A DNA stretch of 32,000 nt from positions 1,470,001 to 1,502,000 of the forward strand of contig CP060262.1 of NCBI GenBank assembly GCA_022646745.1, given 5' to 3'. Position 1 is the first letter of the stretch, and each line of letters starts with the position of its first letter. Shown here piece by piece: positions 15,149 through 23,575 of this stretch. Source of the DNA: Planctomycetales bacterium (GTDB lineage: Bacteria > 4484-113 > JAFGCY01). Below the pieces are notes generated by a model. It was given only the letters and a program-made list of their open reading frames with translations. It searched no databases and was not told the DNA's origin. The translations under genes and the position numbers were made by a program.

Positions 15149-17581
15149 TCAGTTCTGCTGGCGCAGGATCGCCGCGTGGTCGATCTTCAGCGGCTCAGCC
15201 AGCGGAGGTGTCTCAGGCATCTCCGTGCCATCCGGAACCGGCTGGCGCTGCGGGCCATCTTTCCACAACGGGCGCACCTGTTCAATGCTTCCGAACAGGT
15301 CACGCATCGCGTAGTAGATCGGCTTGATGCGGCCGTGGTACCTGATGTCCTCGACACCCCACTCGTCCCAGGTGTAGATCCCGCTCTTGCTGGTCAGGAT
15401 GCGGTTCCAGCCGTCGAACTGTGAGCTGAGGATGCTGTTGGGGTCCTCCGCATCATAGACATCCATCCCCGGCCAGACCGCGAGCGCATCACCGCGCGCG
15501 CTGGACATTGCCAGTCCCACGCCGATGCCGTCTGTCACGACGCTGGAATTCTTCGAGGGTTCATCGATGTCACTCTGAAGCACACGGCGCTGGTGCGGGC
15601 CGACGAATCCAAGCAGGATCCAGGGCATGCGGATCTCCACCACCTTGCTGTCGGGGTCGGAGTTCCAGATCGCCTGCTGGGTATAGCGTGGCTGGCCCTC
15701 GATCAGGGTGCCACGCGGCAGCGGGTTGAGCTTGAAGGACTGGGACGGGAAGAATGTCCCGTCGCGCCCGAGACGGTAGATGTTGGTTTCCACCCAGGGC
15801 TCGAACCAGCTCCAGCGGTTCTCCTCCATCTGCAGGTAGTGCGGCTTGGCCTCACCGAGCGAGATGGACTTTGATACCTCATCATTGAAGGGCCGCCAGA
15901 AGCGCCAGGTCTCGGTCTGGTACATATAGGCCTGGCCACTCTTGATCTGCACGACGGTCTCCAGGCCGCTGTCACTGAGGAACTTCAGCGGGCCGGGCCA
16001 GGCGAAGTTGCCTCCGAGGCGGTCAAGTACGTCGTAGCCGATGCTCAGCTCCGTCTTGTTGAAATCCCAGTCGTCAAAGTTGTCCAGCCTGATCCGCAGG
16101 TGGAACCAGCCTTCGTCGTGCATTGCCTTGACGCTGGTGATCACCGGAGCGTTGTCAGCGACGGCCACGGAATCGCCAGGCAGGATGCTGACATCCTCCC
16201 ATTCAGCGTCATTGCCGCTGAGCGTGTTGTTCGGTGCGCCCTCGCCGGGCAGTAGGGCAATCATGCCGTAGTTCTCCTCCGGGTCATACTGGTTGTACCA
16301 GAGCCGGCGGTCATCCCAGGGATCGTAGAAATCGGCCCAGATCCAGGTCTTCTTGAACCACTCATCAATCCAGGCGAACACGATCGCACCGGCGCAGCCG
16401 CTGTCCCAGATGTCATAGGTCAGCCGCTCCATGCCGTCAATCACCTCTTCCTCCGAGTGGCCGCCATGGTGCAGGCCCTGCTTCTGCTTGTGCGCCGGCA
16501 TCGGGCCATTAGGCAGTCCATACTCGGCGACCAGCAGCGGCATCGTGCCGTAATGCTCCTTCAGGTGGGTCAGGTAGCCGTAGTAGTTGCTGATCCCGAA
16601 GCGGTCCTTGCACAGGCTGTATTCGACCTCGTTGTCGAAGAAGTCCGGCCAGTACGGATAGATATGGTAAGAGGCATATACGCCGGCCTTGAAGTCAGGC
16701 GAGACGGTGAAGTCCTTAACGGTCATCTGGATCGTGTCACTGCTGAAGATGTCCACGCGGCCCTCATTCTCGGCCGAGTTGACGGACAGCTTGCTCTCGC
16801 TGACATGCTCCATCGGGTCAGTCACCGGCCATGAGCTGTAGGTGATCGGGTGCTGCTTGTTGTACTGGTCCATTTCATAGGACACGGCGTAGTCGCACAT
16901 CTTGGCCAGCCAGCAATCGATCGGCTGCTTGTCGATCGCGCTGATGTAGCGGCCCTTGTATTCACGGCGGTTGGTCAGCTCATGGAAGCGCTCAATGTCA
17001 TCCGGCTCCCACTCACGACCCCACAGCCAGGCCAGCAGCCAGGGGGACACATCTGCGTCATAGCGGCCGCCCGTCCAGCCCGGCCTGTCATCAAAGTTCG
17101 CATTTCCATAGACCAGGTCTACTGCATGACGCGAGTTGAGCTCAACTTCATCGTTGAACTTCTGGCCCCAGAAATCGTAGTCGGGGTCGGTCGGCGGCGT
17201 GACCCAGCAGCCCTGGATCAGGTAGATGATCTGGTCCGGGTAGGTGGTGTTGTGGTACCGCAACGCGCGGTAAACCTCGGGCGGAAGGATGGTGTAGAGG
17301 CGGATCACGTTGCAGTTCATGTCCGCCAGCTTCTTCAGCCAGTCACGAAAGAGCTGCTCGTCGTGTGGGAACTCACTGGGGTGCTTGCCGGGAAGTGCGG
17401 CAGACAGGCTCATGCCCTTCACGAAGATCGGTTTGTAGCTTCCATCCGGCTGGCGGATCTCGAGGAAGTTCTCGCCGGCACGAGTTGGCACGTCAGGAGC
17501 GGCCTGAGATTCAGTCGCAGCAAGCATGCAAATTGTCAACGCAATTGCGACAAGTTTCAAGTTCCGGGTTGTGAGAGACAC
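15149..17581 (-). CDS. Secreted large glycoside-hydrolase-like protein (~810 aa), with an N-terminal clan GH-A-type TIM-barrel and C-terminal beta-rich domains.
   Basis: GTG 17581 is preceded by GGAGGAG and opens a signal peptide (LKLVAIALTICMLAATESQA-AP). TIM-barrel hydrolase hallmarks are CNVIRLYTILPPEVY, LWGREWEP (an NE-like acid/base position) and PLLVAEYGLP (a nucleophile-like EYG). The first 33 codons of the track ORF, from ATG 17680, lie in AT-rich sequence and are probably non-coding. Confidence 0.65.
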   Translation of the reverse strand: MSLTTRNLKLVAIALTICMLAATESQAAPDVPTRAGENFLEIRQPDGSYKPIFVKGMSLSAALPGKHPSEFPHDEQLFRDWLKKLADMNCNVIRLYTILPPEVYRALRYHNTTYPDQIIYLIQGCWVTPPTDPDYDFWGQKFNDEVELNSRHAVDLVYGNANFDDRPGWTGGRYDADVSPWLLAWLWGREWEPDDIERFHELTNRREYKGRYISAIDKQPIDCWLAKMCDYAVSYEMDQYNKQHPITYSSWPVTDPMEHVSESKLSVNSAENEGRVDIFSSDTIQMTVKDFTVSPDFKAGVYASYHIYPYWPDFFDNEVEYSLCKDRFGISNYYGYLTHLKEHYGTMPLLVAEYGLPNGPMPAHKQKQGLHHGGHSEEEVIDGMERLTYDIWDSGCAGAIVFAWIDEWFKKTWIWADFYDPWDDRRLWYNQYDPEENYGMIALLPGEGAPNNTLSGNDAEWEDVSILPGDSVAVADNAPVITSVKAMHDEGWFHLRIRLDNFDDWDFNKTELSIGYDVLDRLGGNFAWPGPLKFLSDSGLETVVQIKSGQAYMYQTETWRFWRPFNDEVSKSISLGEAKPHYLQMEENRWSWFEPWVETNIYRLGRDGTFFPSQSFKLNPLPRGTLIEGQPRYTQQAIWNSDPDSKVVEIRMPWILLGFVGPHQRRVLQSDIDEPSKNSSVVTDGIGVGLAMSSARGDALAVWPGMDVYDAEDPNSILSSQFDGWNRILTSKSGIYTWDEWGVEDIRYHGRIKPIYYAMRDLFGSIEQVRPLWKDGPQRQPVPDGTEMPETPPLAEPLKIDHAAILRQQN

Positions 17582-17812
17582 GTGCTCCTCCGCGCAGCAG
17601 AGTATTGCCAGAATGATAAACCATGTATTAACAAGGTGCTTGCACTTAGTGTTGACAGTCAGGGAAAACTGACTGTTCATATTGTCACAAGTTAAACTTT
17701 AGTTAAACTAAGATTACATTATGTACAATCAAATCGTTTCACATATAAATATGTGTGTGGTAGAATCAGTCGCTCAAATCAGGGCACATACTATCGAAAG
17801 GTGATTTTGGGA
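17582..17812. promoter_or_regulatory. AT-rich divergent control region between the GH-like gene and the receiver/HEAT/synthase operon.
   Basis: GC drops sharply here. An extended -10 TGgTAGAAT lies at 17758-17766 on the + strand. Other elements are the tandem 9-mers at 17690-17709, the inverted repeat ACAGTCAG-N6-CTGACTGT at 17655-17676, the inverted repeat CACATAT-AA-ATATGTG at ~17740-17755, and TTGACA at 17652-17657. Confidence 0.5.
17690..17709. repeat. Perfect tandem direct repeat AGTTAAACT-TT-AGTTAAACT with an 11-bp period. Each unit is itself a 4-1-4 mini-palindrome.
   Basis: Read directly from the sequence. AGTT and AACT are reverse complements. The spacing equals about one helical turn, as expected for a dimer-of-dimers operator. 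Confidence 0.6.
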
Positions 17813-18226
17813 ATGGATTCTACCCCAGTCTCCAACCCGAAGATCCTTGTCGTACTCGAGGATGACAGTCTGTTCGGCATTCTGTCATACAAGCTGGAAC
17901 GGCAGGGCTTCAGGGTCAGTCGGGCCGTTGACGGCATTGAAGCGCTCGACCAGATGGAGCGGGAAACCTTTGACCTGTTGTTGATAGATATCCTCATCCA
18001 GAAACTGGATGGATTTCAAGTGATGAGGGAGATCCAGCAGCGCGAGAAGGTCAACGAACCCGGGGCGATGATCGTGATCAGCGCCCGGGAGGATGAGGAT
18101 GACATTCTCAATGCGTTCCGGCTGGGATGCGTTGATTACGTCACCATCCCGTTCAGCATCAACGTGCTGATTGCGAGACTGTACAACGCCCTGAAGCATG
18201 TCAGAGGTACTGCACAGGCAGGCTGA
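17813..18226 (+). CDS. Stand-alone CheY-like receiver domain protein (137 aa) lacking the conserved Lys.
   Basis: Receiver hallmarks are ILVVLEDD, the acceptor-position FDLLLIDILIQKLDG and MIVISAR. The KPF position reads TIPF (Ile codon 18146-18148). ATG 17813 has AAAGGTGA ~9 nt upstream. There is no output domain. Confidence 0.8.
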   Translation: MDSTPVSNPKILVVLEDDSLFGILSYKLERQGFRVSRAVDGIEALDQMERETFDLLLIDILIQKLDGFQVMREIQQREKVNEPGAMIVISAREDEDDILNAFRLGCVDYVTIPFSINVLIARLYNALKHVRGTAQAG

Positions 18227-18294
18227 CGTACTAATGTTGGAGTGACGGGCGGGGCATCGCCCGGAAATAGAAAGGATCGGAGCGGGGTTAACCA

Positions 18295-19434
18295 ATGTTT
18301 GCTGACAGCGTGCAATATCTGGTTGCGGGAATTTTCCTCAACTCAGCGCTGCTGTTCCTGATCATCGTCGTTCAGCGGATGATGTCGGCCAGCCACAACA
18401 CATGGGCCAGCAACCGCCGCGCCGAGCTCCTGCCCGTGTTCGCCCGTTACCTGAGCGGTGACAGCTCCATTGAGGAAATGATCTCCAGCATCGGCAACCA
18501 TGTCGACCTCGCTGAGGAAATGATCCTCGGGATGCTGCGCCAGCTGACCGGATCGGAACGCAAGAAGCTCCTGACCCTCGCTGACCGCCTGAAACTGCTC
18601 AACCGCACCGCCCGCCGTCTCAATAACTGGGACTGGCGCATCCGGGACATCGCCGCGATGCAGCTCGGTATCTACGGACTGAAGGAAACGGTGCCGATCC
18701 TCTCAAACAACCTGCGTGACAAGCGGATGGAAGTGCGCTTCACCGCCGCCCGCAGTATGGGAATGATCGGTACGCCGGAGGCCGGCACAGCTCTTTTGAG
18801 CATCCTCAACCGGCCCGAACTGATGGAAACCACCCGCCTGGTGGAAATCGTGCAGAAGATGCGCGGCCAGGCCATTGTCCCCCTCAGGCAGATGCTGGAG
18901 CACCAGGACTTCGCCCTCGAGTCCAAGCTGATGGCGATTGACCTGGTCGGAGACCTGCAGGAGTACCGGCTGGTTGACCAGCTGCACGAGGTGCTGCGTT
19001 CCTCTCATAAGGAAAAGGTGATTCGCACCATCAAGTCGATGGGCAAGATCGCCTCACCGCGCAGCATCCCCGAATTCCTGCGGCTCTCCAAGGACCGCTC
19101 CTGGGAGATCCGGGCCCAGGCCGTCAAGGCGCTGGGCACCATGCAGGTCAAGGACGGGTTGCCGATCCTGCGCGATGCGCTGTCCGACCCGAGCTACTGG
19201 GTGCGCCGCAACGCAGCCCAGTCGCTGGCGGCCTATGGACGCAGCGGTGGTGAGATCCTGCACCAGGCCCGGCGGGATGATGATGACTTCGCCAGGGATG
19301 TGGCCAACTACCAGCTCGAGAAATCAAACGGCAATCTCAGTCGCTTCTTCCAGGCTGACCAGCTGGAATCCGCAGCTTCCCCGCGCCGCGAGCGGGAGCT
19401 GCCGGGAAGCCGGGATACGGAGGGTGACAACTGA
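18295..19434 (+). CDS. Membrane-anchored HEAT-repeat (PBS-lyase-HEAT-like) protein.
   Basis: It has an N-terminal TM (YLVAGIFLNSALLFLIIVV). HEAT-like units recur, for example RIRDIAAMQLGIYGLKETVPIL, MEVRFTAARSMGMIGTPEAGTALL, SWEIRAQAVKALGTMQVKDGLPIL and YWVRRNAAQSLAAYG. Its stop TGA 19432-19434 overlaps the ATG of the downstream synthase. Confidence 0.75.
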   Translation: MFADSVQYLVAGIFLNSALLFLIIVVQRMMSASHNTWASNRRAELLPVFARYLSGDSSIEEMISSIGNHVDLAEEMILGMLRQLTGSERKKLLTLADRLKLLNRTARRLNNWDWRIRDIAAMQLGIYGLKETVPILSNNLRDKRMEVRFTAARSMGMIGTPEAGTALLSILNRPELMETTRLVEIVQKMRGQAIVPLRQMLEHQDFALESKLMAIDLVGDLQEYRLVDQLHEVLRSSHKEKVIRTIKSMGKIASPRSIPEFLRLSKDRSWEIRAQAVKALGTMQVKDGLPILRDALSDPSYWVRRNAAQSLAAYGRSGGEILHQARRDDDDFARDVANYQLEKSNGNLSRFFQADQLESAASPRRERELPGSRDTEGDN

Positions 19435-20873
19435 TGTTTGGCTATGATCTTGATAACAGCTATGCGATCATCGTTATCCTCTGGCTTTCAGGCTTTTTCA
19501 TCCTGTACACCCTCGGCCTGATCATTTCGTACATCGCATTCTTCCTGATCGGCATCATGAACCTCGGCCGCTACCGCCACTATGTGAATGTGGTGGACCT
19601 GCACGCCCTGTTCAAGACATCGCTGACCAAGCCCGTGAGCATCCTCTGTCCCGCCTACAACGAGGAGAAGGTGATCATGGAGTCGGTACGATCGCTGTTG
19701 ACACTGCATTACCCGCAGTTCGAGGTGATCGTGGTCAATGACGGCTCGAAGGACAACACCATGCAGGTGCTGATCGAGGCCTTCGACCTCGTTCCGGTGA
19801 GCAAGATCTACCAGCGCAAGATCGAGACCGAGCCGGTCAAGGCGATCTACGAAAGCCGCATGCACCCGAACCTTGTGGTGGTGGACAAGCCCAACGGCGG
19901 CAAGAGCAGCGCGCTCAATGTGGGCATCAACGTCAGCCAGTACCCTTACTTCTGCACGCTGGATGCCGATTCGATCCTTGACTCGGACGCCCTGCTGAAG
20001 ACGATGCGCCCCTTCATTGAGCATCCGGACACGATGATCGCCGTCGGCGGCGTGATCCGCGTGGCTAACAACTGCGTGGTGGACTACGGCCGAGTAAAGG
20101 AAGTGAACATCGCCACCAACTGGCTGGCGCTGGCACAGACGGTCGAGTACCTGATGACCTTCCTTTCCAGCCGCATCGCCTTTGCCCAGATGGGCGTGGT
20201 GCTGCTGATCTCCGGTGCCTTCGGGATGTTCCACAAGGAATCCGTGATTGAGGTCGGTGGATACCGCGAAGATACCATTGGTGAGGACATGGAGCTGGTG
20301 GTGCGCCTCAACCGCATCTTCAAGAAGAAGAACCAGGAATTCAAGATGTTCTTCAACCCGGACCCGGTCTGCTGGACCGAGGTGCCGGAGGACATGAAGA
20401 GCCTGGCCGGCCAACGCCGCCGCTGGCAGAAGGGCCTGGTGGACAGCCTGCGCTACAACGGCGAAATGATGTTCAACCCGCGCTTCGGCGCACTCGGCAT
20501 GTTCGGCATGCCCTATTACCTTATATTCGAGATGCTGGGCTGCATCGTCGAGCTGTTCGGCTATGTGCTGATCGTGATCTTCTGGTGGGCCGGTGTGCTC
20601 TCGCTGGAATGGATGCTGATGTTCATCCTGCTGAGCATGTCGCTGGGCTTCATGTTCACCGTGATCACGGTGCTCGTGGAGGAGCTCAGCTTCCACCGCT
20701 ACCAGCGGACATCCGACCTGTTCAAGCTGCTCTGGGGCGGCTTCCTGTACAACTTCGGCTTCCGCCAGATCAATGCGATCTGGCGACTGCAGGCCATGCT
20801 TGAATACCTCGGCGGCTTCCGCAAGCTGTGGGGGGCGATCCGGCGCGGTGGATTCCGCACCGCGGGATCCTGA
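19434..20873 (+). CDS. Processive family-2 glycosyltransferase (PgaC/IcaA/NodC-type membrane-embedded polysaccharide synthase).
   Basis: Motifs: ILCPAYNEEKVI...VIVVNDGSKDNT, GGKSSALN, LDADSILD, GEDMELVVRL and QRRRWQKG (Q-x-x-R-W). TM helices flank the domain at both the N- and C-terminus. The 479-aa length leaves no room for a PilZ domain. A GGAGGGTGA SD lies upstream. Confidence 0.88.
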   Translation: MFGYDLDNSYAIIVILWLSGFFILYTLGLIISYIAFFLIGIMNLGRYRHYVNVVDLHALFKTSLTKPVSILCPAYNEEKVIMESVRSLLTLHYPQFEVIVVNDGSKDNTMQVLIEAFDLVPVSKIYQRKIETEPVKAIYESRMHPNLVVVDKPNGGKSSALNVGINVSQYPYFCTLDADSILDSDALLKTMRPFIEHPDTMIAVGGVIRVANNCVVDYGRVKEVNIATNWLALAQTVEYLMTFLSSRIAFAQMGVVLLISGAFGMFHKESVIEVGGYREDTIGEDMELVVRLNRIFKKKNQEFKMFFNPDPVCWTEVPEDMKSLAGQRRRWQKGLVDSLRYNGEMMFNPRFGALGMFGMPYYLIFEMLGCIVELFGYVLIVIFWWAGVLSLEWMLMFILLSMSLGFMFTVITVLVEELSFHRYQRTSDLFKLLWGGFLYNFGFRQINAIWRLQAMLEYLGGFRKLWGAIRRGGFRTAGS

Positions 20874-20896
20874 TCCACGGGAGCAAGTGACTGGAT

Positions 20897-22393
20897 ATGA
20901 GTGACCTGATCAAGGGAGACAATCTGGAGGAGCAGCAGCCGGGTGGAACGGCCACTGCCACGCTCGTGCCGCCACCGGACCGCAAGGCCCGGCACCGGCG
21001 CGAGGCTGAAGGCATTGGCAAGCCGCGCAAGAAGCCCTTCCTGGTGGCCTTCGTCACCAGCCGGCGCCTGCATACGATCCTGATCCTGGCGCTGATCATC
21101 TACCTCTGCGTACTGATCCCGCACCTGTTCTGGGAGCGGACGCCGGACATCCCGCTCAAGATGATGATCGTGGACAAGACGGTGCCTTTCCAGGACTACC
21201 GTGAGCATCGCGGCCTGTTCTGGCTGCTGACCAACAACAAGTTCATTGACCCGACCAAGCAGACGGACAACCGCTTCTATGCGGAGGACCTGGACTACAC
21301 GGGCTTCTACCCGCCGCCGGATGACAGGATCCTCGCGACTCCTGAGCAGGAAAACGCGATGTTCTCGGAGGAGTTCAACCCGAACTTCGTCGGGCCGGTG
21401 CCAAGCAGCAGCAATCCCACGGAGGATGCCCGCCTCAAGAATGATGTGCATTGGCGCTTCGATTACATCGACTCCGCCGATCTCGCTGATCGTGACCTGC
21501 TGTACATCTGTGACAGCTATGGCGTATACAGCGCTGACTACTGGCAGTTCCGCAGCGATTACTGGGGCGACAACATCGCACATACGATTTACTCCCCGAA
21601 GATCTACGGAGGCATGAAACCTGAGGAGATCACCGCAATCGAGGGCTTCCTCGACCAGGGTGGACGCACCATCTGCGCTGAATTCAATACCCTGGCATCC
21701 CCGACGGATGAGGAACTGCGGGACCGGCTGGAGGAGATCTTCGGGGTGGACTGGACCCACTGGATCGGTCGTTACTTCGTGGACTTCGGCGATGTCACTG
21801 ATGTGCCCTGGTGGCTGTTTGAGTTGTACAAGCAGAAGCACGGCAAGGACTGGGACCTGACAGGATCAGGTTACCTGCTCTGCAAGGATGGCGAGGACGA
21901 ATTCTTCGTGCTGACGGACGCGGAGGACGTGGCTCCGGGCGGCATGCTGTTCGTGCCCCGTACCGACTACATGGAACTGGACGTGATGCAGGGCAGCCGC
22001 CCGAGCACCTTCACCTACTGGTTTGACGTCGTGACCGTGCGCCCGGATCCCTCCGTCGAGATCCTCGCGGACTTCGAGTTCAAGCTGACGGACAGCGGCA
22101 AGGACAAGATGCGCCGCCACGACCTGCCGCTGGTGATCCCGGCCATCGTGCGCAAGCAGACCCATTACAACAGCTACTACATGGCTGGTGAGATGACGGA
22201 GTTCGGCAAGGCGATGGGCCCGGCGGACACCAAGCTGACCCTGCAGATCAACCGCAGCTTCTACGGCCGCGAGGTGCAGGGTTCGACCGGTTTCCCGTTC
22301 TGGCACAGTTCCTACCCGGTGGTGACCAACATCCTGCGCAAGGAAGCCGACCTGATCTCACCGATCAAGGTGCCGGTCTATCCCTTCCGCTGA
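20897..22393 (+). CDS. Single-pass membrane protein of unknown function (498 aa), with a basic cytoplasmic N-terminus and a large extracytoplasmic domain.
   Basis: It starts 23 nt after the synthase stop, on the same strand. It has one hydrophobic segment (LHTILILALIIYLCVLIPHLF) followed by ~420 aa rich in aromatic and acidic residues. I recognise no motif. Coding-type codon bias is seen throughout. Confidence 0.7.
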   Translation: MSDLIKGDNLEEQQPGGTATATLVPPPDRKARHRREAEGIGKPRKKPFLVAFVTSRRLHTILILALIIYLCVLIPHLFWERTPDIPLKMMIVDKTVPFQDYREHRGLFWLLTNNKFIDPTKQTDNRFYAEDLDYTGFYPPPDDRILATPEQENAMFSEEFNPNFVGPVPSSSNPTEDARLKNDVHWRFDYIDSADLADRDLLYICDSYGVYSADYWQFRSDYWGDNIAHTIYSPKIYGGMKPEEITAIEGFLDQGGRTICAEFNTLASPTDEELRDRLEEIFGVDWTHWIGRYFVDFGDVTDVPWWLFELYKQKHGKDWDLTGSGYLLCKDGEDEFFVLTDAEDVAPGGMLFVPRTDYMELDVMQGSRPSTFTYWFDVVTVRPDPSVEILADFEFKLTDSGKDKMRRHDLPLVIPAIVRKQTHYNSYYMAGEMTEFGKAMGPADTKLTLQINRSFYGREVQGSTGFPFWHSSYPVVTNILRKEADLISPIKVPVYPFR

Positions 22394-22427
22394 ACGGAAT
22401 TAGCTCCGAGTCCATCCATATTTGAAG

Positions 22428-22453
22428 CGCGGACGGGTGTCCGCGGGTAGAAT
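22428..22453 (+). promoter_or_regulatory. GC hairpin CGCGGAC-GGGT-GTCCGCG (22428-22445) followed by GGTAGAATC (-10-like TAGAAT at 22448-22453), upstream of the deacetylase gene.
   Basis: Read directly from the sequence. There is no U-tract after the hairpin. The same GGTAGAATC 9-mer occurs at 17759-17767, upstream of the receiver gene. Confidence 0.35.
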
Positions 22454-22471
22454 CTCCAGCCGACAACGCCT

Positions 22472-23575
22472 ATGAGACAGACACTTTCCCTGTTATTGCT
22501 GATGTTCCTGCTGGGTGGCACAGCCCTGGCCCAAGGAGACATCATCGTGATCCCGCATAAGGACCAGCTTCCCCAGGCCGACGAGCGCTGGAGGCCGAAG
22601 CCGGAAATCTGCCGCTGGTACAACGGCGCGGAAGGAGCTGTCAGCCTGACCTTTGATGACGGCTCACTGGACCACTGGGAGCGGGGCATGCCGCTGTGGG
22701 ATAAGTACGGCTGGAAGGTCACGCTGGGCATCGTCTCCACCACCATCGTCAAGCGCAAGGGCTGGAAGGAACAGCTGCAGCAGGCCTTTGACGATGGCCA
22801 TGAGATTGCCAACCATTCAAAGACCCACCTCAACATGGCGGAAAGCAGCGAGGAAGTGGTGCGTGATGAGATCGGCACCTGCCATAAGTTCCTCATTGAC
22901 AACATCGAGGGCCTGGACCAGGTGGATACCCTGATCTACCCATATGAGCAGTACCACTACGGCAATTTCCACACCGCTGCCGAGTTCGGATACATGTTCG
23001 CCCGCAGCGGCCCGCAGGAGCGGGAGGACATCGCCCAGCGCAACTGCTCCGCCAACCCGCCGCTGATGCACCTCTACAGCTGGGCCAACCAGGACATCCT
23101 GCCGATGTGGATGTGGAACAGCACGACGGACCTTGCCATCAGCAAGCAGGGCTGGATGATCGAGCAGTGCCACGGCATCGGTGAGGCGGGCGAGCCCGGT
23201 GTGGGCTGGAGCCCGCGCCCCTATGACGACTTCGTCGAGCACTACGAGTACCTGGCATCCTTCGGGGACCGGGTCTGGGTGGCCCCGATCAGGAATGTGG
23301 CCCGCTACATGCTGGAGAGCCGGCAGTTCACGATGGAGCTTGTCGATTTCGATAAGGACTACATGATTGCGAAGATCAGCCAGCTGCCGGATTACCAGAA
23401 TTACTGGGACGTGATCTCCGTGCAGTGCGCCGTCCCGGCTGACTGGGAGCAGGCCGAGGTGCTGGCCGACGGCAAGCCGGTCAGCTCCGTGCGCCGCAGC
23501 GGCGACATGCTGATTGCCAACATCCCGACCGGCACCACTGAAGTCGTGATGCGCAAGCTCAACCAGAAGCAATGA
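22472..23575 (+). CDS. Secreted polysaccharide deacetylase (carbohydrate esterase family 4-like).
   Basis: The signal peptide is LLLLMFLLGGTALAQG. CE4 motif 1 is LTFDDGSLD and motif 2 is HEIANHSKTH. It sits next to the GT2 synthase locus. Confidence 0.8.
   Translation: MRQTLSLLLLMFLLGGTALAQGDIIVIPHKDQLPQADERWRPKPEICRWYNGAEGAVSLTFDDGSLDHWERGMPLWDKYGWKVTLGIVSTTIVKRKGWKEQLQQAFDDGHEIANHSKTHLNMAESSEEVVRDEIGTCHKFLIDNIEGLDQVDTLIYPYEQYHYGNFHTAAEFGYMFARSGPQEREDIAQRNCSANPPLMHLYSWANQDILPMWMWNSTTDLAISKQGWMIEQCHGIGEAGEPGVGWSPRPYDDFVEHYEYLASFGDRVWVAPIRNVARYMLESRQFTMELVDFDKDYMIAKISQLPDYQNYWDVISVQCAVPADWEQAEVLADGKPVSSVRRSGDMLIANIPTGTTEVVMRKLNQKQ

Noticed and set aside
17582-17680. The N-terminal 33 codons of the 843-aa track ORF, starting at ATG 17680.
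   Set aside because: This segment lies in AT-rich sequence unlike the rest of the gene. The in-frame GTG 17581 has a GGAGGAG SD and opens directly into a classical signal peptide. I therefore treat 17582-17680 as 5' UTR or promoter, although the longer start cannot be excluded without TSS data.
19434-20873. The possibility that the GT2 is a BcsA-type cellulose synthase.
   Set aside because: At 479 aa it has no room for a C-terminal PilZ domain. It has GEDMEL rather than a TED motif context, there is no BcsB-like gene that I can recognise, and a CE4 deacetylase sits in the operon. A PgaC/IcaA/NodC-like N-acetylhexosamine synthase is more consistent. The substrate remains unproven.
22428-22445. 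The GC hairpin CGCGGAC-GGGT-GTCCGCG as an intrinsic terminator splitting the EPS operon. The same question applies to the small hairpins at 18246-18263 and 15105-15120.
   Set aside because: None is followed by a U-tract and the stems are short (5-7 bp). I list the first only as a possible regulatory or processing structure, not as a terminator.
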